DNA from: Klebsormidium nitens
Lineage: Eukaryota > Plantae > Klebsormidiophyceae
Reading direction: 5' to 3'
Length of the DNA stretch: 64,000 nucleotides
NCBI GenBank assembly: GCA_000708835.1
Contig: DF237107.1
Span: 62,001 to 126,000, forward strand
Part shown: piece after piece, positions 11,133 through 21,970 of the stretch
How the letters are laid out: every line of letters begins with the position of its first letter
Position numbering within the stretch: position 1 is the first letter of the stretch
Notes under the pieces: generated by a model
The model's input: only the letters and a program-made list of their open reading frames with translations
What the model was told of the DNA's origin: nothing
Databases searched by the model: none
Translations under genes and position numbers: made by a program

Positions 11133-14100
11133 CTACTTCCCCGCTCCGACCGCTTCCTGCATCATTTTCACCAGCTCCGGATCCCCCGAGAAAAAGTTGT
11201 CGACCTGTTTCTTCTGCATCTCCTCCAGCTCGGGGAGCAACTTCTCCATGAACTCAGTCACCGTGGAGTCTTCCGCTAAGCCCATCAGCTCGAACTCCAT
11301 CTGGTCGGTGGTCATCCCCGGGCGGAACCGCGCGTAGCCGCGCTTGACGACCAGGATCTGAGATGACGTGCGCGCCGCGTACTCCTCGAGCTCCTGCGGG
11401 GGCGGGCGGCGGAAGTTAGTAAGTTGGCAAGCTGACGTCAGTCGTCCGAGCGGGGTGAATGCAACACGTTGAAAGCTGACATCACTCTTTCAAGCAGAGT
11501 AATTGCAGCAATCAAAAGCTTGACGTCACGAGACCAAGCGGAGTGAAGCGAATACGTTGAAGAGTGACGTTATCCATCCAAGAACAAAGTGGAATCTGTA
11601 ACACCAACAAGTCATCGTTCAGAACGGCGCACAATCAGCAATCACAACCTATATTATCAAACTTGAAACCTCGTCTCGCTGCAACAATGCGCGAAAGGGC
11701 ACGTTGCAGATAGTAGAACACGTTTGGAAACAAACTCCTCACCGTTGGGCCGATCGGCTGCACGACAGGCTGGTGCGTCGCATGATGCGGGACCTTGCTC
11801 AGCCAATCCTGGAACCAGGCTGCCTCCTTCTTGTCCTGAAACCCGATGACGTAACAGTTGCCGGTGACCTCCGCAGTGAGGTCCAGCGCCAGGAGCTGGT
11901 ACTTGCCGGACTTGTTCAGCAGGATGACCTGGCGTGACGTCAGGAAGACACGTCAGCAAATTCGCAGAAACATGGTGGAAACATGAGGATGACCTGGCAT
12001 GACGCCCGAGAGACTCATCGGCATGCTTGAGGAAGATACAGAAGAGACGTCGGGGTAAAGAGACTGATTTGGCGCTCTGGTGCAGAAAGGTAAGCACGCC
12101 TCGAACAAATCAATGAGAGGGAGAGACGTAAGCACAATTGAAGACAAATAGGGAACGCATCCTTACAACAAGAGAGAAGCAAAAATATGAATCGAAGATT
12201 GGGAAGACGACTTGCATCCGGGCTCCATTGAAGCAAAGAGACAGACATACGAACGAGATTCTCGCATCAGCCTCTCACAGCAACAGTGTGTTGGCAACTA
12301 GGCCCACGACAAACTGAACAAACTGCTTCAGAGTTTGACAACTTGAAGACTTATGTCCCGCACCTGCACCTCCGGTAAATGCGTCCACCACTGCTTGTCG
12401 CCATTCCTCGTTCTTGGTTGGGCTTTTGGCTTCGGCTTGGAAGATTTTTACTATTCTACGTGAAACAGTTATGTCCCTCACCTGCACCTCCGGTAATCGC
12501 GTCCACAATCGTTTGTCTCCGTCGCTCATTCTTGGTTAGGGTTTTGGTAACGACTTTGAAAGTCAATAGTTCTACATGAAAGGATCACGTCCTTCACCTG
12601 CACCTCCGGTAAGTGCGTCCACCACCGCTTATCGCCGTCGCTCATTCGCGGCCGCGGCTCCGGCACCCTGACGTCCAGCCCTAGTTCCTTCCCGTGCTTG
12701 GCCAGGAACTCGTTGGGCCCCATGTGGTCCGCGGCCTTCTTCATCTCCTTGATGTTCGGCAGCATCTGCCGCACGCGCGCGCGCACGCGCTCGCCGGCCG
12801 CCTCGTACTCTGCGGGGTCGAAGTCGTCGGGGGCGTCCGCGTCCACGCCGTACTCTCTGCGGAATCATGAAAATAATGATTTTCGACCAGGGACATACAC
12901 AACAAACGAAATGAAAGTACAATAACATTCTTGTTATCTTTCAAAGATGGGGTAATAAGTATGCTCCCCGGCTATGTCGAACTCCGCGGGGTCGAAATCG
13001 TCGGGGGCGTCCGCGTCCACGCCGTACTCTCTGCAGGGGTCACAGAATTACCATTATTTCGACCAGGGACACTGGACATGGGACTAGAAACGGAAGTGGA
13101 ATATAGAATAATTCAAATCATTATCGAGATCTATAAAAATGGGGGTCGTGAGTATGCTCGCCGGCCGCGTCGTACTCGGCGGGGTGTAAGTCGTCGGGAG
13201 CGTCCGCGTCCAAGTCGCTCCCGGGCGTTTTGGCTTTGGTCCACTCAAACTCTTAAAGCGTCACTGGATCCACAGCAAAGCAACTAAAGAGAGCAAGCAA
13301 TCTGTTGAAGAAACCATTGCCCCACCTGGCAAGTCCTCCATATCCCATTCCTGCATCAGCTTGTCCCGCGCGCCTTCGCTTTCGTCCGCGCTCGAATTCT
13401 TCCGGCGTTACAGGGTCCACAAACCTTTCTCGGAAAGGCAGAATGTTTCTAGAAAAAGCAAAAATGTTGATACTGGAACGAAAAGTTTTCCCGCACCTGG
13501 CAAAGTCCTCCATGTCCCATTCCTGCATCATTTCGCTCCCGCGCGCCTTCGCTTTCGTCCGCTCGAATTCTTCCGGCGTTACTGGGTCCCCGACCCGCCG
13601 CTTGCGCCGCAACCGTGGCTTCGGAATGAGCACCGTGTGGGCGTCCACGTGGGCCTGCAAAATCTCCTCCTCCGTGATGACGTCACGCGCTGCCAGCTCC
13701 TCGGCCCACCTGCAGCATCGGGAGAAAACGTCAGCCGGTTACAAAATGTTGCCTGCTGTAAGAGTGTGTGGAAGAGTCCTACAGGGGAATTGACTTTCCA
13801 CGGGTCTTATGAGGACGCACTCGCGAAGTGCATTCATCCCAGAATCCACCCGAGATTGCGGAGTTAAGAAAGACGAGAGGTACAGAAGATTACCACTTTA
13901 ATGCGCGTGTGGTAACTTCACACGCTCGACCTTGCCACTGGTTCCAAATGGAGATAACATCAGGAAGCGAGCATCGGAGTCGAAACTCGCCCTTTCAACA
14001 AACATCGCACAGCGCTCTCCGGTCTCTGAAAGACTATGGAAGACTCAACTTGTGTAGACCAAAAAACATGCAGAACAGTCTGTCGTCTGCTCAATCGCGA

Positions 14101-17100
14101 GATTCAGCTGCTTTGGGCCACGTGTGGCGAGGCAATCCACCTTTGCATCTTGAAAAGTCCAACGGCTCTCGATCATACAGAGTCTCAATTCAAACCAACC
14201 GCGAATCATAGTTGCTTCACCTCTCGAGAAGTTGGACAGCTCTTGCAACTTACAGAAAAATTTGGACAGCTCCCGGAACATAGCTTGAGTCTACCTACAA
14301 AACCAGTCGCTTAGAAGGAAGCAGATGTGGCGAGGCGAATTACGGTCGCGTCTCAGAGAAATTGGACAGCTCTCAAACATACACAAAATCTCAAATTACT
14401 CGATCACAAGATATACAGTTGCTTCGCGTCTGGAGACATCGGGCAACTCTCACAACATAACGAGAGTCTGATTTTGAAACCAATTGCAAGATCCCGTTGC
14501 GAGAGGCGACCTTCGTGTCTCGGAGAAGTCGGACAGCTCTTACAACATAGACAGAGTCTCAAGTCAAACCAATCGCTAAGTGGATTTGCTTCGCCTCTCG
14601 GGAAGTCGGACGGCTCTCGAAACACAAATACAGAAATTGGACGGCTCTCGAAACATAGGCAGGAGCTAACTATGAAACCAGTTGCTTAGAGACAAAAGTG
14701 GCGAGGCGATTCACCTTCGCGTTTCGGAAAAGTCGGACAGCTCGGACACCTCCTTGCTCAGTTCGGACACCTCCGCCTCGGCCTCCTTCTCCTTGATCGT
14801 CTCCGCCCACTGGAGCGTGCTCGAAAACTGCTCCGGGGGGATGCTTTCGTCGGGGAAAAGGACCCCACTGGAAGATTCCACGGCCTGGGGGGCGGGGCCA
14901 GTCTGGCGCTCCTCTCTCTGCGAATGAAGAGGGGAGAAATTCAAGCATTGGTATGCAACCATTCCTCATGATAGAGATTTGAGAACTCGGGCCCCTTAAC
15001 CTCGTACTCAAGATGTTGCACGGCCAAATTGCAGTTTGTTAGGTGCGGATCTCAAGGCTGTGTCGCTATACTCCCCGCCTTTGTCAAAACTGTTGAACTC
15101 CGTTAAAAACAACATCTTTGGTGCCAGGTTGAGAGACCCGAGCAAAGAGGGTAGGGGGGGGCGTTTGAGTACTGTGCTCACGACTCCGCAGCATTCAAAT
15201 CTCGTTCATTTCAACTTTCGTTCAACGATGCGGACTCTTCATAAAAATTGAACGGGCGTATTGCCGGCACATGTAAAAAGAACCACCACTTTGCGAGACC
15301 GGTTGGCTGTCTATGGTTCCGGACCAAGGTCTTTTCACCTCTCGCCTCCGACGTTTGAAAAAGGTAACTGCCAACAACAGGACCCAAGTCCCACAAGCTG
15401 GGAAAGCGCCGCTGCTTGCTTTCTTCAATGCTTGCTTTCTGGCAAAGCGTTCCAACACCAAACAGGACAATGTTCTAGATCATAAATGCTCAATTGGGCA
15501 ATTGATTGCAGGGCAATCAGGCAAGCCGCTCCAAACGAGTCTCCTCTGGCTGCCAGAGAATCCCGCTTCGCCAAAACACGTGGAAATAACCGATTGCAAA
15601 ACCCGAATACTCAGCAATGTAATCCTATAGATATCAGAAACTCTGAGAACCTGGCAATCTTATACTGACGCGCCGCCGCTCCTCTCGCTGCACAGCTTTG
15701 AGGTCTTCCTGAGGGATCCCCCTGGCCCAAAGAGCTAGCAAACAAAATCCCACAAAATCCAGCCATCTAGAGACCTGACCTCGGTACCTAATAAACACGA
15801 AACTCACCCGCCGCCGCTCCTCTTGCGCCATCGCTTCGAGGTCCTCTTGGGGGATCCCTTTGGGGCCGAATCGCGTGCCCATCCCGGGCTTGCGCCCGAG
15901 CCGCTGGTCCATAATGTCGCGCATCATGTCCTCCTGAACGAGGGGATCCCCCTCCGCGGCCACCTGGTCCTCTATGGAGTCCGTCAGCCAGCGCGGCTTG
16001 TCGTCGCCCTCGCCCACCAGCTTGTCTGCAGAGTAAAATAATCCGAAATTTGGGAAACGGGTTAAGGGTATTGGGTTAAGGTTGAAACCAAGACTGGGAG
16101 CACCAAAAAAGAGGGCTCGAAGCTAGCGTGTGGTCCCGCGCCCTCCAGCTTGTCTGCAGAGTAGGATAAACCCAAGGTTGAGGGTAAGGGTTTTCGGGTT
16201 TTCGGGTTAAGTCAAACCAGTACTTTAGGAGCACTAAGGGAAGAGGAGGGGTCGAAGCTAGCGTGTGGTCCCCTCGCCCTTCAGCTTGTCTGCAGATTAC
16301 AATCGAATCTCTCAAAACTAAAATCAATGTTTGAATGCCGAATCAATTCTGGATGTAGAATGCAAAGACGATTGACTGTAACCAGCATGCGGGCGAGGCT
16401 TGTATACGACCCGCGCCCTCTCCCACCAACTTATTTGCGGAAAAGCGAACAAGAGGGAGATGAAAGGAAATACACTACGAAGCGATCGGAAGTAGAATAG
16501 ATCCGCTTTTGCGGGGTCCATTATCGTATGATGGGCATCTGCTCAACGGCACATCAAAAGTATGCGACGGCTGAATTTAAGAAGAAGAGGGTTTGCTATC
16601 GAGGTAAGAGCAAGGAAACCAACGTGCGGGGTGGCTCTGCCAGAGTAATAGAAGTCGAGCGTGCTTAAAGCGTACCTCCCAGAGGATTGAGACGCAGAGA
16701 GTTAACAGTGGAACGAGCCTGATTGATTCCCGTGTCTGAGCTTCAGAGTCCGTCCAAACACGGTTTGGATGAAACTTGTCCCCCATACTTCAGTCAGAAG
16801 ACGGAAGTTAAAATTCGATCTTGAGGCCCGACATTTTGGAAGCCCCCCCAAAATCGATAATTAACGCCCATAAGTTACCACACGTATTTGCCAGTAATTT
16901 CACAGATGGGGGCTGTACTCTACGGTTCGTGCACGGCCATTGAGCTTTTAAACTCGGTTCCCGCAATTTGCAATCTAGCTTTGAAGGACACGTTCCACAA
17001 ATACCGCTGTACAGAAAACCAGGCGCATCTCGAATTACCTACTGGTCCCCAGAATCAATCTAAACTTAACGCACGTTCACACTCGACGACAACCAACCGG

Positions 17101-20100
17101 ACTGGGCATCGCTCTCACCGTAATCCACGCCCCTCGCTTTCGCCTCCTTCTTGAGGTAGGAACGGACTTTGGCCTGCAGCCGCTTGAAGTGCTTCTCCTC
17201 GCAGGCGTGGTACAGCTTTTTCTCCCACGACTGCAGGAAAACATGAAGAGGATTATCGCACAGCCTTTCTGAGATTCGCGCCGAGTGATCACGAGATCAA
17301 CACCATCTATTCTAGGGTGGTCAGGTTCTTGGACTCCAAGATTCTGTTGCGGTCCCTGCCCCCACGACAGTCCACTTGTGCCGCCTTTCCAGTCGGATCA
17401 GGTAGTCACATGAAGCTTACTCAAGAGGCTTGCGCTTTTGCTTTTGATGTTCAACGTAAGAGAATTACACGACATGCATCCATCCCGTCCTGCCGCTCTG
17501 ATTCTTCAATCCGGAACCACATCGCCTCCCTCCAGGCCATCCCAGGTCATCCGCCCCTCCTTTTTGTTCAGTTGCACTTCTTCACATTCCCACAATTCCT
17601 TTGTTGAGTCTTACTATTTGGCCCTGTTGGGGTTGAGCGCCTTAAAGAGCTAGATGTCAGATGCATTCCTCTTCCATTTGCCGCACTAACAAGCAGATAG
17701 TGAAGTCGCATCGCCTACCTCCAACCCATCCCAGTCGCTGCGCCCCTCCTGTCCGTTGAGCACGACCTCCGCGCGAATCCGCCGCAGCTCGGGGTCCGCC
17801 GCCAGCTCCGCCTCAAAGTCCCGCTGCACGCGCCGGGCAAACTCGGTCGTCCCGTCCTTGTACTGCGCACCAAAGATCGGGTGTTCGCCGGTAATCGTAT
17901 CCGGCCCATCTTCGACCGCCGGCGCCGGTTCGGGCGCCTTCACCTTCTTCCGTTTCCGCACGATTCGGGTCACCTTAACCTTGGGTTTCGCGCCCGCCGC
18001 TCCACTCGTGACCGCTCTTCCGTTGGCGGAGGCGTCCTCGTTTTGGGCCCCGTTTTCGAGGTTGCGACCATTTTCGCCAACTACTTCCGGCTCGGCCCAG
18101 TCCCTAACAGGATCTTCTGTAGGCGCTTGAGCGGCCAATGAGGGGCTGCCACCTGGCACGGTGGCTGACGCCTCGGCGGCGGTTCTTCCAGACGTGCTCG
18201 GGAACGTTCCCGTCCACTCCGCGTCCTGATATCCCCCCGCCGAGACGCACGGCTCCTCTAGCATATTGACCCCCCCAGAAGCCGTTCCCCGCTCGTCTAG
18301 TCCCTCTCTCAACCTTCCGTTCTCAGCAGCGGCAGACACTTCCTCTCTTTCCTGGGGGGTTGTAGACCCACTCACTGACTCTACATTTTCTTTAACGACT
18401 GACCGGTTCGCAATTTCGCTTGCCATAGCGTCCCACCAAGCCCGGAACGCCCCTTCGTCGACCGTTCCGGGGGGTGATCGCGCCACCTCAGCGGAAAACC
18501 CCCGAAGTGCGGCCAAAATTTCCGCCTTCTCTTTTGGTGACGTCATTTCCGCGACCCGTGCCTCGATGCTCCGCTGCGAATCCTGCAGTCCCGGTAAAGT
18601 CGAAAAGCTCTTCGTTCTTCCGTTTGACGCATCCCCGTTTACAAAGGAAACGCTCTCGTGGCTCTCAGCACTTTCCTCCGCTCTTGGCAACCCCGCCTTC
18701 GCACTTCCGATCGAACTGAATCCTTCCGCCGCCCGCGAAGCAATATTTTCCGCTTCGTCCTCGTCCTCAATCGGTTTCGTGACCTCATAAAACCTGCCCG
18801 CCTCTCGCCGCTTCTCGGCCTCTAGGACGCGCTCCCACTCCCGCCGCAGGTCTTCCTGCGCCTTTGAGTCCAAGACGGGCGTTGCCGCCGCAGCGGCGGA
18901 AATTGCTGGGACAGCAAGCTTCTCCTGCAATTCAAATCCTTGGGTCGTCGCACCATTTTTTACCCTTTTGTGACAGCGAGTCAAACCTGCTTCTTTTCCA
19001 TATTCAATTCGTACTGATAGGGGTCCACTGGACGCTACAGCAGTGTCCGTGGCCCCTTCCTTCCTCAACTTGCAGCAGCAGAGTTGTACCACTTGGAAAA
19101 CGCTCGGAGAACACTCTTCTCTCGTGATGCCCGTATGGCAAGGGCATGCTCGCCTTCGCAGCAAGCACCTAGCAATTCACGCCATACCGCAGACTGGCCA
19201 ATCATTACAATGTGACCATGAGCTTTCGCGATCATTTGGGAATTTCTAGAGCATTCAGGGACCCAGACTCACCTTCTTGAGCCCCAGTTTCCTCATCAGC
19301 CCTCCCACCCACCCCACCTCCTCCTTTTCCTCCCCCGCCAAAAGCGCCACATCATCCTCGTCTCCAAACACCCGCATCTCCCTCTCATCCTCCGTGCCCC
19401 AGTTTTGACCTCGCACTGGCACCTCCTGCGACGCCAAGATCTGCTCGCGAACCTCGGTCAAGCTCACGACAGCTGGCGACGTCTTACTGGCCTGCGTGAC
19501 CTCCTCCAAGCGCCCCATGTGCTTCAGCTTGTTGAGGCGCATGATGCGTCCTTCGCGCTCCCGCTCTAGTTTCTGCTTCTCCCACTTTTGCCAGACGAAC
19601 GAGCGGAACCAAACGGCGGCAGCCACGGCCGCGCAGAGGACGGTACTCCAGAAGACGACGATGGGCCAGGACAAGCCGTGCTCGGCCGTGAACCTGAGAA
19701 GCATTAGGGTTTCAGGGTTTAGGGTGTAGAAGTACAAGTTTAGCCCAAGAAGGAGTAGAACGATCTTTCAGCTCAAACCAAAAGCCGGGGCCTTATGTGG
19801 AAATCTCCAAAATCAGACCAATAAGTGTGGATGGGGAACAAATGAGACAAGAATCAGCAAGGTGCAGGCAGAGTAACAAAAGAAGCAAACGATGTAATAG
19901 AGGGCCCACTTACATGAGGGATATTTTTGGCTCGTAAGGAAACCTGATCAATGCACATGTCCTGTTGAAGGACTTGAAGTGGTGAGAAAGAAGTTCCAAT
20001 ATAATCTCCACAATTCCCAGCATTCAGCGAAGAGAGCTTCTACCGAGCGCAGCTAAAGTGTCAGATTGCGCCTTGCGCCTTGTCCCCAAATTTTTTCGAA

Positions 20101-21227
20101 AACATGTCAAATCCATTCCACCACCAGCCGAAGCCCAGCATTCTCATCAAATGCCTCGAGCAAAGGACATTAAAGTGGCGGTTTCAACAAAAGCAACCCG
20201 TCCCTCACCGTGAGCCCCTCTCCATTGCACCGTCCCACGCTACCGAGGCCCTGTTTCTAACACCGCCCTCTTCTTGCCAATCTCCCCCCCTCGCAGCAAT
20301 TGCCCCATACTGCTCCAACAGGTCCCGGCCCCCCTTCCGGCTCCGCTCGTCCCGCTGCTTCGCAAGCGCCTCCTCGTACTGCTCCGCGAACTCGGACGGG
20401 TCGAGCCCGTTCTTCGCCATGATCGCCGCGAGCTTCTCGGCGTTGCTGTCGGACGCCCGAGAAGCGTCCGGCGCCCGCTTCGGACCGTCCGAAGAGTAGC
20501 TGGGGAGCTCGATGCCCACCGACGCCAGCTCGCGTGCCATCTCTTCGCGCGACCGGCCGCCGGGGGAGTCGTCGAGAACGGACACCTCGACCACCTCATT
20601 GGAGAAGCGCGCTCTTCCCGGCACTCCCATCCCATCTCCATTTTCTGAAACCCCGGCAGCTTGGCTTTCACCATCGATGAAGTGCGGAGATTCTACCTCG
20701 GAGAAACCAGGCGACTCGTTGAAAAAACCATTACCAGAGACGTGCGAAGATTCTTCTTCAGTGAAACGGCTCTGGAAGTTCGCACCAGAAACCTGGGAAG
20801 CAGCCTCCGGAAAGGACCCGTTGACATCAGCATTTGCAATGCCGTGCGCTTGGCCATCTGGAACCGCGCCTGCCTGAGCTACAACTGAGCTTGGGGTTCT
20901 TCGCCCCGGAGGACCACCAATTCTAACGACGCGCCTTCCGCTAGGCAATTTGGATTGGGGAGGCGACAGCCTGAGAATTGAACTCAAGCCCGAAGTGGGA
21001 ACACTAGCAGGGGATGTTGTGCAATGTCGTGGTTGCACATTGACCAAAGGTCCCAGACAACTAAGATTTTGCCGGGGGCGAATCTGATGAGAAAGTGACG
21101 AACTCTCAAAACACAATGCTGCCCTCTTGATAGAGCGGGTGGTGTGGCGTGATGAAGCGAGCTGGCTGCTCGCTTTCTCAAAAGCGCAAATGGGCACACC
21201 AACCCCAGCCCTTGCAGAGAGCGCCAT
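11133..21227 (-). CDS. Large plastid-targeted membrane protein, C-terminus resembling Arabidopsis EMB1703 (At3g61780) family
   Basis: Exons: 20209-21227 (Ser/Arg-rich transit-peptide-like start), 19273-19693 (hydrophobic helix WPIVVFWSTVLCAAVAAAVWF), 17719-18924, ~17094-17230, 16383-16429, 15808-16025, 14715-14917, 13497-13709, 12598-12856, 11743-11928, 11133-11393. Phases are consistent except for one uncertain boundary near 17094-17098. The C-terminus KRWWTHLPEVQVILL...VIGFQDKKEA...QILVVKRGYARFRPG..DQMEFEL resembles the EMB1703 C-terminal pattern as I recall it (not searched). Confidence 0.75.
12350..12650 (-). repeat. Three ~118-bp tandem copies of an exon-end/donor junction
   Basis: On the minus strand, TTACCGGAGGTGCAG|GT occurs with donors at ~12597 (true), ~12481 and ~12363. 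Confidence 0.9.
13960..14760 (-). repeat. Degenerate tandem array derived from the exon/donor junction at 14714
   Basis: About 7 variants of (cttcgc/g)..(g)aagtcggacagctc occur at ~14135, 14215, 14340, 14420, 14510, 14590 and 14715, the last being the real exon end. Confidence 0.75.
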
Positions 21228-21970
21228 TGCGGCCAGAATTGCTAGAAGTTCAGCCCAGCCTTGCAGGGAACGCTTTCAGCTGAGCACTTCGCTTTTTAAC
21301 AAGGCCCTCTTCTAATCATGGCGACTGTTCCGCAGTGGCAAGACAAACTCCTCCTGTTCAAAACAAAACTGTCAGTGACAGATTGCGAAGCTTGGCACTT
21401 TCTTGAAACTGTTTCAACTGCGACTGCCTCACAGTCTCCCTGTCTTGACAAACTTTCAGCCGTCGACGAGAGGATAGCATCTGACGGCTGCAATTGTAAA
21501 CATTCTGCTCGTGTTCCACAATCGAACCGTGGCTTTCGGTTATCGGAGGGCTAGAGTGAAGCCGGCTGCCAGTCCACAGAAGCCAAACGGTTGGATCTGC
21601 GACAGGGGTCACTTTCGAAAGAGAAGGGGGAGGAAAACTTTCATTGTTCAAATTTCCAAGGAAGAGAAGGGGCCGAAGATACTTTCTGGCATGCGGGCAT
21701 GAGCAGGAGATTGACAGAATATTGAATTTCTAAGACTATCGTACCCTAGTAGCTAGCTGTCATTTTGCAATGAGCGGAGGCCGTTGAAAAGGTGGCGCAT
21801 GCTACAGAAGTTGTGTTGCTTGGAAATTTGTGATTTGACCAGGAAGCTTCTTTGCAACGGGTGGGCAACTCTAAAACCATAGGGGCCAAGAAGTCTGGAA
21901 ACAGCTCACCTGTTTTTCAACCTTCATAAAGCAGCTTTTTAAAGGTTGTTGCTTAAGGAGACGTTGCACA

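Noticed and set aside
12350-16300. Repeat-spacer-like arrays superficially resembling CRISPR
   Set aside because: Eukaryotic introns; the repeats derive from adjacent exons, are variable, and no cas genes are present.
16520-16580. Possible C/D-box snoRNA (ATGATG...CTGA) in an intron
   Set aside because: Too short, with no terminal stem or recognisable rRNA complement.
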